Positions 52,012 to 64,000 of a stretch of DNA of 64,000 nt are shown here, one piece after another; positions within the stretch are counted from its first letter, which is position 1, and the number at the start of each line of letters is the position of its first letter. Source of the stretch: Octopus sinensis (Eukaryota). Location of the stretch: NCBI RefSeq assembly GCF_006345805.1, contig NC_043014.1:20646001-20710000 (forward strand), written 5' to 3'. The notes under the pieces are model-generated. The model saw only the letters and a list, made by a program, of their open reading frames with translations. It made no database searches and was not told the origin of the DNA. The position numbers and the translations under genes were made by a program.

Positions 52012-52568
52012 TAAACAATATATATTTCTTTATTGCCCACAGGGGACTAAACATAAAGGGGACAAACAGGAACAGACAAAGGGTTTAAGTCGATTACATT
52101 GACTCCAGTGCGTAACTGGAACTTATTTAATCTACCCCGAAAGGATGAAAAGCAAAGTCGACCTCGGCGGAATTTGAACTCAGAACGTAACGGCAGACGA
52201 AATACCGCTAAGCATTTCGCCCAGCGTGCTAACGATTCTGCCAGCTCGCCGCCCTAACAATATTTATTTCTTTTTTGCCCACAAGGGACTAAACATAGAG
52301 GATACAAACAAAGATAGACAAAGGGTTTAAGTCGATTACATCGACCCCAGTACGTAACTGGTACTTGTTTGAAATCAGACCGTAACGTGCAGACAAAATA
52401 CCTAATTCTTTACTACCAACACAGAGAGGACAAACAAGGGCAGATAAACGGATTAAATCGATTATATCGACCCCAGTGCGTAACTGGTACTTAATTTATC
52501 GACTCCGAAAGGATGAAAGGCCAAGTCGACCTCGGCGGAATTTGAACTCAGAACGTAACGGCAGACAA
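52012..52568 (-). mobile_element. Three head-to-tail SINE family 2 copies
   Basis: Repeated ACAAAC..TTAAGTCGATTACAT.GAC.CCAGT.CGTAACTGG blocks; one complete head ending at ~52255. Confidence 0.85.
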
Positions 52569-52569
52569 C

Positions 52570-53070
52570 TTTTGAAATAAGCGTTGCTCATTTCAAATGA
52601 AATTTGTAATGGCTTCTCTGAATGATAGGCATCCGACCACCAGGGTAGACCGCCTGCTTTTTCTTTCCTGTTTTTGGCTTCCACTTACCTGGTGTCAAAC
52701 ACTCCCAGCTTCCTCGCCACAGGCTTCCATCTTCTCATGAATCTGTCTCGTAACAGGTACCTCTTCTCCAGCCTGATCTTACTACTGAGGTGGTAACTAA
52801 AAAAGTTAACCAACCCCTAGCCGGATACAAAGGTATCCGTCACTATGCCTCTCACACGCATCTTCCATACTGTTTCTTTAAATATGGCTACTACGCAGAA
52901 AAAGCAAGCCTTTCTTTCCCTGTTAAGGGAAGGAGGCGGCATAATCTCGATAATAGATTCAGCTGATAGCTGTACTCTTCCAATCGATAACAGTTGATCT
53001 GCGAAAACAATCAGTTTCGTTAATTCCGGACATTCCACAAATGCGTACAAAACGGTTTCCCTGCCGAAAT
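52570..53070 (-). mobile_element. L1/Tx1-like LINE ORF2 C-terminal fragment
   Basis: ETVLYAFVECP (zinc-knuckle remnant)..KETVWKMR. Confidence 0.65.
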
Positions 53071-54428
53071 GCAAGAAATTAAACAAAAAATAGCTTACAA
53101 ACTACAGAACATTCTCAAGAAAGCCAAGAGAAAAAGATGTTTTATTTAACACATTCTACCAGTATAACCAGTATACGAAGTTTAAAAGTGTTTAGTTACA
53201 AAGAAATTATTTTAAAATCTGTCGGTCAAAGTGAAAAGATCCAATATTTTTTTCCTCTTAATGAGGATAACAGTTCAAATACCACCCCCGCTGGGTGGGA
53301 GGCACGACAATAAAGTCTACAACGGCTTTAATAAGTTCAATATTAATAATATTAATAAGTTCAATATTTCAACAATTACTTTCTCCCGTCACCGGGAAAA
53401 AGCACAAAAAATTTCAAAGTTCAACAATTTTCAACAGTACGAAAATATTCAACAATAAACAATTCCAATAGAAAAATTATCCAACGTTCAACAAAACGTT
53501 TGACTCACTGCCAAAAAAAAGACACGTCTATCCACGACAGAGGTAAGCGAGCTATTTACCACACAGCCACTAATTTCTGTGTCAACTTTTTTTATATTTT
53601 TTTCTGTTATTTGGGACGATCTGAATGCAGATACTTGTGCCTTTTGTTCCACCCAAAGTAGAAGTTGTTCTTATAATAAATATCTCAGTGATGTGCAAAA
53701 CTGTTAGACTCATTCATTGCATTATAATTATGAGGTTGGATCTTGGTTTCATTAAAGGTTGTTTACTGTAAGAATATGGAATTTGCCCATAATTATCTCG
53801 TATTTTTCAGCATTATATTGTCGATACAGTAGAGTAGCTTCATAGGTTTCACAGTATCTTTTGTCAACAAGTTTTCTCTCTTTCTTTCTCTTTTCTTCAC
53901 ATTGCGATAATTTTCTTCTGTTCGTTGAAATCCTTATTTTATGATTTTTCGCATTCTTTCTATTTCTTCTCGTGGTAAATGTCCTATTTTTTCTGCTTGT
54001 TTTTCTTTTTCTTCCCTCCCCTTTCTTCAATTTCTTCTTGTGATGAATTTCCTCTTAGCAACTCTCTCTGTTTTTATTCTTCTCCTTTCCAGTACTTGTC
54101 TTTGCGATGCACTTAATTCTTCCATATATTTTCTTAAACACTTATTTATTCTCCTGGTCGCGCATCAATATTTATTTTTCTTGCAACAAGAACCGTTTCC
54201 TGTTTTGAACACTTCCAATTCTTGCAGCCGCTATTTCCCTTGGTCTTTGTCGCTCTCTTTCTCTTTTTTTTTCTCTTCTGTGCTACGCTTCATTGCTGTT
54301 TGTCCTCAGTTTCTTAGATTTTGATGATTCATGAGAAAAATTTACACATATATGAATTTCATTCCGTATATAATCTGAGTGATAAAAATAGGGTGCTCTT
54401 GTTAAGGGTATAGTTTCGTGTAGTATTA

Positions 54429-54697
54429 AAATAAAAAATAAATGCGCCCTTTTTAAAGCCTAGCCAGGCTCATGGGCCCGGTTTCCCGGTTTCCGCGGCG
54501 TATGTGTTCCCCAGCTGGATGGTACGCCAGTCCATCGCAGCGTTACTCCTTTTTACCAGCTGAGTGGACTGGAGCAACGTGAAATGAAGTGTTTTGCTCA
54601 AGAACACAACGCGTCGCCCGGTCCAGGAATCGAAACCACAATCTTACAATCATGATGCTGTCACCCTAACGATTAAGCGATGCGCCTCCACAATGCA
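54429..54697 (-). mobile_element. tRNA-derived SINE with Meta-like domain, 10-bp TSD
   Basis: Head TGGAGGCGCATC..GGTTTCGATTCC, GCGATGGACTGGCG..CATCCAG..GGAAACCGG; TGTAGTATTA at 54419-54428 and 54698-54707; decayed copy at ~26700-26850. Confidence 0.85.
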
Positions 54698-57330
54698 TGT
54701 AGTATTAGGGCTGTTAAATAGTTATTGATGAAAAGCAATATTTTGTGAGCTGCGTCTTCCATTCGTAACGACTACACTAATACTGGCACTAGTTCTCGTA
54801 CATTTTTATTAACCTGGAACATCAGTATTTACATATATGCAATAGTTTAATAAATAATAGTGTTTAGGAAATGCCGAATGGAATAAGAACAAGTTCGACC
54901 AGGCTATATGGCGGGAAGATTAACCGAGCGAGCCATATTTTTAGGGCATAATAAGCCTTATCTTTTATGGAGGTTCGTCCGTCTTCACATTTTTTTTTTT
55001 GCATAACAAGCCTTACCTTTTATGGCAGTATGTTAGGCCACAGTCCTGAGCGGAGGAGCCTGAGTACGATGGTTCGAAACTTCTGGTCATTTCATCGTGT
55101 TGAACCGTTAACCCCTACACATTTTTCTAGGCTCGAAACATCAAAGACTTTTACATTCCTCCCGAGAATTAAAATAATACACCTGCTTGTTGTTATTATA
55201 TATTCGTTACGTGCAACGGAAATAGTATTGGTTTAGAATAGCATTCTGTATATCTTACTTAACGTGGATATGCAGTAAGAAAGCTACAATATAGCAGCAC
55301 AACGGTATTCATCTTCAGAAAGCATCTCATATTGACGTATAGTGTGAAAAAGCACAGAAATAACAGTAGCAGACGAAACTTTTACAGCAAGGGCGTTGGA
55401 ATTGCTAAATCCGGGATTTCTGCATATTTGTGCGTCATCGGTAGCAATTATACACTATTACTGCATGCTTAGACAAATTTCGCCTCTACTGATATATGTG
55501 TGTATGGGTTGGAATGGGGTTGTATTTTTGTAGTAGTTGCTGAATATTTCTTTTCACATTCAAACTACTATTTTCGCAATACTATGATTTTTCCGGCAAA
55601 CTAATGTAAACTCCATTGATCTACCTACACATGTGGATTCTTACAAACAAAGAGTCTCTTTCTTAATAATGAAGATAAGACAGTGGAACAATAGATCTTA
55701 CGTCATATTGCTTGAAGTGACAAGCTGTAGTGAAGCAAGATGTGATGCAAGTACGAAAATCTAACTAAAGATTTTTAAACAAGGATATACCGCATAAAGT
55801 GAATATATGTGGATATAATGCATGCTTACAAACAGCAATTTTGTGTTGTACTCTCCTGAGTATGATACCCGAACACAAATTCGTGCATTCAAAATCTACG
55901 GAGTTTTATTTCGATGTAGTCACTCGTCTTGTTAGAAATAAAAGTAAAATTGAACTGAAAAAGCACTTGCCACTATAAATAGTTAGGAACACGTTGTTAC
56001 ATATTTCGCTATACTTCGCAATATATATAAAAAAGCAATGAGGAATAGCCATAGATAGAATGCCTTTCGTCCTAGATCTTATTCATCAGAGCTAACTAAA
56101 GGCTAAATGTGAAAAACACACATCAATTTCGCATTATATTATTAATACAATATACATATTGTATTAATATATGCTTGTTGGTGGGAGAGAGTGTGTGTGT
56201 GTGTGTGTATGTATGTGTGTGTGAGTGTATTTTAGTCTTCTTTAATTATACACACACACACGTACACACATATACATCGGCGATAAAAGAATATACCTAA
56301 TTATAGATGCACAATGTATATATGCTGTTACGTTTAAACACTCAAAATGATGGAAGATGGAAGTGGTAACTTCTGTTATCATTTAATAAGAATATTTCTT
56401 GTTTCTTCAACTACAGAACCGCTATTATTTTTTACTGAAGTTTTCTGAAATCTTTGATGATCGAACTACTAACCAATATTATCTTTCACTGGGAATGTTC
56501 CTTAATTCTTCAATGTTAACTGCTATCTTTTATTAAGGATATTTTTTAATTCTTTCTCTCCGAAGACGGTCTAGTTGACTTATTTGGAAATCTTTATTCA
56601 ATGACATATGCTTCGGATGCTCAGCTATTCTAGAAACAGTTGTTAGAGACATTATTCCTTATTTCTTAATCCCTTGTTTCCTCTAACAACTCTGCAATTA
56701 TGTTTGAATTATAAAATTACACGCTCTAAAGTGATACCACATTCTATTCTTTTTCATACTTTCTATACATATCTACCTGCTCAAAGATGAACCACTTACA
56801 GCCCTCTTTGATAGGCAGCTACAACTCCACCTTTGTTTTAATTGCAGTTCAAGTCAGAGTTTTAGTGGTAAACCAACTTGGGTACTTAAAGTACACACCT
56901 ATTACATTACGTCATTAGACGGAATTTTTTGCCCGTACTCTACATTGACTCACACGCAGATGTGTTGGATCCTCTGTCTATTTTCACAACGATCATTTTA
57001 TTATTATTATTTTTTTCCTTTTGTTCTATCAGCTGATCTCTTTACCTACTAATTTAACATCTGAATATTCTGCGGACAGGTAGATCATTCGTTTCGCTAA
57101 ATTCCCATCTAGATATGTGTCACAACATGTGACAACACTAGACTTTAAAATAAAGTGCGCTTACATATAGTTTCTCTCTACACATTTTGGTTCGTCCGAG
57201 GCAATGTTAAAAGACGCTTGCCAGCGAAACTTTATTGTAAAACCGAAAGAGAAACGTAATGATTGCGATTCAAACTTTTTAATCGTTTAACAATGTTTGC
57301 ATCAACGACGAACGCAGGCAACTTTGACGA

Positions 57331-57436
<106 letters not shown>

Positions 57437-57915
57437 GGATACTTTGTGTGTGGTAGACAATATGTATCACACATTTGCATTTTCCTGTGAGTCTATTTTG
57501 TTTAAGCCATTCCCCTCAAGACGTTAAGTGCCACACGTAGCTACGGTGGTTCATTGCGTAACTTTACACAACAGATAGTAACAGGTCGTGGCGTTTAATA
57601 TGTTAATGTGCTCTATAGTGAGTATACAATAACCGCACCTGAGTCACATACATTGTATTATTGTTATTGTTGTAGACTTAACTATATGAATACCGATTTC
57701 ACATAGCATTATATGTGTACGTGTGTGTGTGTGGTGTGTGTGTGTGTGTGTGTGTATGTGTGGTGGGGCGTGTGAGGAACAGAGTTTATGGTTATGAAAC
57801 ATGCACATAAACACACATCTATGTACATCTGCGTACACAACTTATACATATACGCACTACCTTTGTGCGTGTATGCATATGTGTGTGAGTGTGTATGTAT
57901 ATATATACATATATA

Positions 57916-57991
57916 CAGGGTGTCCAAGAAGTCCCTTTACAAATAAGTTTTAAAAGTATGGAAGTTGCAAAGATAATTTATGGACACCTTG
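57916..57991. mobile_element. 76-bp Tc1/mariner-type MITE
   Basis: TA|CAGGGTGTCCA ... TGGACACCTTG|TA. Confidence 0.7.
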
Positions 57992-58001
57992 TATATACAT
58001 A

Positions 58002-58883
58002 TAGGGTGCAATGAGTAAATTGTCGTCATTTTATATTTTTAATTTTGCGCATGCGCTTTCTTTGTTTTAGATTTTGTCGGCTACACAATATAGTAGGGTC
58101 AGTTGGACACCATCTGTGATAAAAACAACATCATGACTCAATTTACTCAGCCACAAATTTGGAAACGACATACTGTACTGCTGGGCATTCGCTCCGGAAG
58201 CTCCAATACGAACAGATGGTGAACACACAGAACAACCGTTGGCTTGAGTGTCCCCAAAACATGTACAGAGAGCGATAAAAATCAAACATTCAGTCAACCT
58301 CAGGGTGCTTAGAGTGATCACTAGTGATGGCGACGTTACGCCTCCATTCATCTTCCAACACGGCCTCAGACTTAACATAGAGACATACATCAAGCTCCTA
58401 GAGAAGGTAGTGCTACCCTGGGTCAAGAAGGTGGCTACTGGAAGGCCATATGTCTGGCAACAGGACTCTGCACCCTGCTACACAAGCAGGAGAGCCCAGT
58501 CATGGCTGTTAGACAATCTCTGCGACTACATCACCCCTAACATCTGGATACCTAACTTTCCAAACTGCAACCCCCTTGATTATTATGTGTGGGGCGCAGT
58601 TGAGCGAGAGATCAACAAAATTCCTTGTAACACCAAAGATGAATTGAAAGAAAGGATTACGGCAGCATTCACCAGCTTAAACAAGGAGACCATCCAGAAG
58701 AGTTGCAGGAGATTCCGAAGTCGTCTGGAGACCGTAGTTGAAGCCGATGGCGATTTTATTGAAAATATTTACTCTTTAGTATTTCAAGATATTTTGATGC
58801 AATTTTGGTAAACATATCTGTTAACATGATTATTGAAACATTATTGCGTTACCCACGATAATTTATTTATTCACCGCACCCTG
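58002..58883 (+). mobile_element. Internally deleted maT (DD37D) transposon
   Basis: AGGGTGC..AAATT.TCG TIR remnants; ORF 58248-58811 with WQQDSAPC-x-NPLDYYVWG (37-residue spacing); DNA-binding domain and first Asp deleted. Confidence 0.9.
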
Positions 58884-58957
58884 TGTATATATATATATAT
58901 ATATATACATATACTTAAATATATATATATATACTTATATATATGCATATATATATA

Positions 58958-59092
<135 letters not shown>

Positions 59093-59279
59093 TTCAATTG
59101 TATGTTGTCTGGGTCATTGCCATTGCACTAGTTGCACATCTTAGTTATTACAAAATGATTGTATCTGGGTCGATCACATATTATTATTGAGTTATCTATG
59201 AGAATACCGGTCTATCCACACATACTGATGTGTGCGTGTGTGTGTATTCACGCTGTAGAAAATGCTTAGCATCTTTTAT

Positions 59280-59556
59280 ATTTTATCTTTTATTTTTTTT
59301 TCAGTCATTAGTCTGCGGCCATTCTGGGGTATAGCCTTGAAGAATTTTAGTCGAAGAACTCGACGTCAATACGCACATACATACATACATACATACATAC
59401 ATACATACATACATACATACATACATACATACATACCGACAGACACTGCGCGCTTCTTTCAGTTTCCCTCTGCCAAAGCTTTGGTCGATCCGAGGCTATA
59501 GTTGAAGACACATCCCCAAGGTAACACACAGTGAGACTGAACCCGGTCGTGGTTGT
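59280..59556 (-). mobile_element. SINE family 1, diverged copy
   Basis: CTGCGGCCATTCTGG..CTTCTTTCAGTTTCC..GACTGAACCCGG. Confidence 0.7.
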
Positions 59557-59559
59557 GTA

Positions 59560-59610
59560 TAGTAGTAGTAGTAGTAGTTGTTGTTGTTGTTGTGGCAGCA
59601 GCAATAGCAT

Positions 59611-59649
<39 letters not shown>

Positions 59650-59727
59650 CAGCAGCAATAGCATTAGTTGTAGTAGTAGTTGTAGTAGTAGTAGTTGTAG
59701 TAGTGGTAGTAGTAGTTGTAGTAGTAA

Positions 59728-59766
<39 letters not shown>

Positions 59767-59914
59767 CGGCAGCAGCAGTAGCATTAGTTGCACAAGTAGT
59801 AGTAGTAGTAAGTAGTAGTAGTAGTAGTAGTAGTGGCAGCAGCAATAGCATTAGTTGTAGTAGTAGTTGTAGTAGTAGTAGTTGTAGTAGTGGTAGTAGT
59901 AGTTGTAGTAGTAA

Positions 59915-59953
<39 letters not shown>

Positions 59954-59980
59954 CGGCAGCAGCAGTAGCATTAGTTGCAC

Positions 59981-60026
<46 letters not shown>

Positions 60027-60106
60027 AGTAGTGGCAGCAGCAATAGCATTAGTTGTAGTAGTAGTAGTAGCGGCAGCAGCAGTAGCATTAGTTGTACAAG
60101 TAGTAA

Positions 60107-60153
<47 letters not shown>

Positions 60154-61010
60154 CGCTTTTATCTTTATTACTCTCTCCATTACAGTAACTATCATTCCTA
60201 TGATTACCATCATCGTCATCATCATCATCCTCATCGTCATTGTCAATATTCTTATCATTATCATTCTAACCATTACCACCAACATCATCATCACCACCCA
60301 GCCTCGCCACTCAACCTAGCTCTTCTGACCGTGACCACAATCAATATCAGCAATACGATCACCACAATAAATACCATCCTCACAGCAGCACTACCATTAT
60401 GGCTACTACTACCACAACCACCACCATCGTAGCTAACACTACTGTTAATACCATCTCAAACATGACCACCCCCCACAACAATCACAGACTCTATATAACC
60501 ATCAATACAGAAACAACCATCAATGCCACTACGTGTCCGACAACCACCACCAACACCACCATAACTACCACCGCCACACCACCACTACTACCACAACCAC
60601 CACCACCACCACCATTACTAACACCACCACCACAACTACAACCACCACCTCGATCGCTACAACCACCCCTACCACCACTATCACCACCATGACCGCCATT
60701 ATTAATATCCACAATGGTTATCACTACCACCACCACCACCATCACCACAACTACAATCACCATCAACACAACCAACACCAATACCACCGCCAACAACACT
60801 ACCACCAACACTACCACCACAACTACAACCACCACCATGACCGCCATTATTAACATTCACAATGGTTATCATTACCACCACCAACAACAACAACACTATT
60901 ACACAAACGGTATGACTAGAAACACAACATTCACAACCACCAATACTAGCACCAACACAATAGCAACAACCATAACAACTGGCAAAACCACTACAATACC
61001 CTTCCTTACA
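59560..61010. repeat. Compound trinucleotide field: (TAG)n with higher-order units, then degenerate (CAT)/(CAC)/(CAA)n
   Basis: Direct reading; ~187 bp and ~150 bp higher-order duplications. Confidence 0.9.
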
Positions 61011-61318
61011 CACACGCGCGCGCGCGCGCACACACACACAAAATGCTCTATTATAACTAATTCATGTACATACATGTATTCTTGCTTTGCAGTTTGTCCA
61101 GTTTCTGTGTCGGCAATCTGATAAAAACCCGTTCACGGTGACATTAATTGACAGGTAGACACACGCTAATATTGATAAACCCCCATCGATTTCGACGGCC
61201 GATAACTTTCAATGTTGCATTGATTTAACATTGAAAATTATGGCAAAAGTCACATCAACCCTTGTCACGTCACCCATCATGAATCTTGCCGTCTTTTACT
61301 CATTATAAGCATAACTGA

Positions 61319-61361
<43 letters not shown>

Positions 61362-61362
<1 letters not shown>

Positions 61363-61570
61363 AGGCAGAAACTGGCAGATCCGTTAGAACGCCGGACAAA
61401 ATGCTTAGCAGCATTTCATCCGTCTTTATGTTTTGGTTTCAAATTCTGCCGAGGTCAACATTACCTTCCATCCTTCGGAATCGATAAAATAAGTACCAGT
61501 TGTGTACTGGGGTCGATTTAATCGACTATCCCCACCCCAAATTTCAGGCTTTGTACCTATAGTAGAAATG
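61362..61570 (+). mobile_element. SINE family 2 copy
   Basis: AAGGCAGAAACTGGCAGA..AAATGCTTAGC..GCCGAGGTCAAC..TTCCATCCTTCGG. Confidence 0.8.
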
Positions 61571-61574
61571 ATTG

Positions 61575-61600
61575 TTTTTGCTGTTGTTGTTCTTGTTGTT

Positions 61601-61633
<33 letters not shown>

Positions 61634-61743
61634 CTTCTTCTTCTTCTTCTTCTTCTTCTTCTTCTTCTTCTTCTTCTTCTCTTCTTCTTCTTCTTCTCTT
61701 CTTCTTCTTCTTCTTCTTCTTCTTCTTCTTCTTCTTCTTCTTC
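61575..61743. repeat. (GTT)n then (TTC)n microsatellite
   Basis: Direct reading. Confidence 0.95.
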
Positions 61744-61744
61744 G

Positions 61745-62089
61745 TCTAGATTTGACTCCAGTTCATTTTTATTCCTAACAGAGTTTATGTAGATTGGAGA
61801 CCACTACCTGTAACATTAGGCATTCACAGGCTTTCAGTAGTCTTCGAAGTCCTTAAAACTTTCCTTGTAATCTTTCTTGTCTCTAAGAGACAAACTTTCT
61901 GTAGAAGCTCTACGGGACATTCAATTCCAATCTCCTTCAACCATTATCTATATCAATACTCACTGTTCCTAATACACCAATTATTACAGGCACAACCTTT
62001 ACATTTTTCATACTCCAAATTCTTGCAATTACAAATTTTAATGGATTGTACTTCTTTAATTTTTCATCCTTTTTCTTTACAATTCTGGA
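61745..62089 (-). mobile_element. R4/Dong-like LINE, short 3' fragment
   Basis: EKLKKYNPLKFVIARIW..VVPVIIGVLGTV..LQKVCLL. Confidence 0.8.
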
Positions 62090-62160
<71 letters not shown>

Positions 62161-63478
62161 CATCTTGCCTTTGCACAGCTTCTAACGCTCAGCTGTTCAC
62201 TACCAGTGAACTAAGGTAACTCCCCTTATTTTTCGAGCACCATCCGGAGTATTCAAGCGGTTCCAAGCAGTGCTGTTTTCTGCAAGTGCTTTTCCCTTAT
62301 TATAGCCTCTATTTGTTCCATGTACTTCTCAAGATTTTTACTCACTGTTCCCAGGGCGCCGACAATTGTTGATACTATTACCACATTTCTCTGTGACCAT
62401 AACTGCTTAACCTCCTGAGCTAACCTGTCATATCTATTGACTTTTATTTCTTCCTTATCGCATACCTTGTTGTCAGCTGGGTATACTATATCTATGATCC
62501 AGCATCGTTTGCTCTCTTTCTCATTTAACACTATGTCCGGTTTCCTATTCTCTTTCTCATAGTCGCACTGAATCATAAAATTCCGTTTGATCTTTGCATT
62601 ATCATTTTCGATGATGGCCTTCGAGTTTATGTTCGTACCACTTTTTACTCTGTCAAGTCCATACCTGTTGCAAAGTGTCCAATGGACAATCCTTGCTATG
62701 TTGTCATGATGTCTCTTATATTCTTTCTGGGCCAGTGGCGTACATTGACAGGTAATATGCCATACGGTTTAATCATTTTGTCCACAAATTCTGCTCTTAT
62801 CACTTTCTGATATGTTATCGATTCTGTACTTGATTTAATTGGTTCTTAACGCTTGCTCTTCGGCAGCACAGATTAGAGCCTCTGTTTCCGATTTTAAATA
62901 ACTTTTAGTCATCCATAGCCATCTTTTTCTTCTGTGTCTTATCTTTAACATCTCGATGAAATTGTCCTCCATTCTTTTCTTTATCCACCTATTTTCAATT
63001 TCATTCATTCCCAGGGGCTTGTACAGTGTTTTATCTTTGCAATCTTCCATCCTGCACAAGCCTGACCTTCTTCCAATAATATTGGTTCTGTGGCATTTTT
63101 TACATGCCATACTATGTTGTTGTTTTTCTGTTCTAATGCTGTGTTTACATCCAATCAGTCCTCTTACCTCTTTTTCTTGGTACATACAGTCTGTCCATGT
63201 CAATTTGGGGGTGGTGTATCCTATATCAAGTCAGCAACTTCCTTGTCTTTCTGTCTATGCTGTTTAGTTCGTCTACTGTCCATGCGATTACCCCTGCTCC
63301 ATATATAAGGAGTGAAACGACCCAGGTTTTGATAGCTTTAATCTTATTCCGTCCGTTTAATTTCTACTTAAAGATCAGTCTCAGTCTGCTCAAGTGCTCC
63401 ACCTTAAATTTTTCTGTCATTTCTTTCTCCATCAATTTATCCATTTCCAATATCCCCAAGTACTTATAGCCCGTCTAC
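62161..63478 (-). mobile_element. R4/Dong-like LINE, 5'-truncated (RT7 to RLE) in (TAA)n
   Basis: GYKYLGILE, ETEALICAAEEQALRTN, zinc-knuckle remnant, KPDIVL..IIDIVYPAD, IVGALGTV, LQKTALLGTA; (TAA)n on both sides. Confidence 0.9.
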
Positions 63479-63517
63479 ATATTTAATTTTGCCTCTCTAT
63501 CATTATTTTTATTATTA

Positions 63518-63558
<41 letters not shown>

Positions 63559-63559
<1 letters not shown>

Positions 63560-64000
63560 TTTTTTTTCTTCTTTCAAATTTTCTTCCATTTCTTGCCGAG
63601 TGTCTTCCCGACTCCTAGGGCAAAGAAACTCATAGTGTATATTGGTAGGCCATTAAACCAAACTCAGTAGTTCGTTAATTTAAAAAAATTTTTTTTTTAA
63701 GTTAAATTAAAATGCATGAGCAGCAACAGTTCTCACATCGACAATGCTCTTCTCAATACGTGTGATGTACCAGTTAAGACAATCTTTTGCACTTCTTGCA
63801 GGGATGGTAAGCCAGGGATCATTTCTAAAGATATCCCTCCTCACATTTGCTAATTTGTTCTCGTCCAAATAGGGCCTACTGTCTTGATTCCGTGTTCTCC
63901 ATATACTGTAAGAGTTTGCGGTGTGTCTCTCTTGAGATGGCCTACCTAATGCATAGTAATAAGCGTATATTACTTCTTTATACTCTTCTCGGGTCCATTT
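63559..64000 (-). mobile_element. Internally deleted R4/Dong-like element (runs off the window)
   Basis: KWTREEYKEVIYAYY..IW..NKLANVRRDI joined out of frame to LEMIPGLPSLQEVQKIVLTGTSHVLRRALSM*, then 3' UTR and (TAA)n. Confidence 0.8.

Noticed and set aside
55040-55090. GAGCC/GGTTC-GAAAC..GTC hammerhead-like motif
   Set aside because: The CUGANGA strand is disrupted and there is no stem I.
55270-55460. Minus-strand peptide CIIATDDAQICRNP..VISVLF, vaguely like GPCR TM3-TM4
   Set aside because: It is a single weak resemblance with no supporting neighbouring motifs.
56300-57100. Possible decayed LINE endonuclease (NKGGVV on the minus strand)
   Set aside because: There is only one short motif, which is insufficient.
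59347-61121. Mucin-like Thr-rich and poly-Ser/Val/Leu ORFs
   Set aside because: They arise from a low-complexity trinucleotide field open on both strands.

Overview
Eukaryotic, AT-rich, microsatellite-saturated intergenic or intronic DNA with no intact host protein-coding gene that I can support. The SINE families and simple-repeat load point to an octopus (coleoid cephalopod) genome; this is inference. Almost all ORF-track entries are translations of simple repeats. The recognisable content is a transposon graveyard: four or more SINE families (three with a tRNA-like head), Tc1/mariner elements (DD34E IR/DR Tc1, DD34D mariner, DD37D maT), a piggyBac remnant, non-autonomous Helitrons, long palindromic MITE-like elements, and RTE, Tx1/L1 and R4/Dong-type LINE fragments. 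It also holds Penelope-like elements (PLEs) of two clades. The most interesting signal is a set of hammerhead-ribozyme (HHR) motifs with non-canonical cores (CCGACGA, CCGAAGA, CUGUUGA), one with an 88-nt stem II. They sit on PLE ends and on short non-coding elements lodged in microsatellites, suggesting a retrozyme-like system. Other notable items: a short internally deleted R4/Dong element in a (TAA)n-targeted stack, a candidate (TACA)n-targeting RLE LINE, an RTE with three C-terminal C2H2 fingers, an element with interleaved inverted repeats, and unusually long target-site-like duplications. All calls come from reading and hand translation; no database search was run, and boundaries of decayed elements are approximate.
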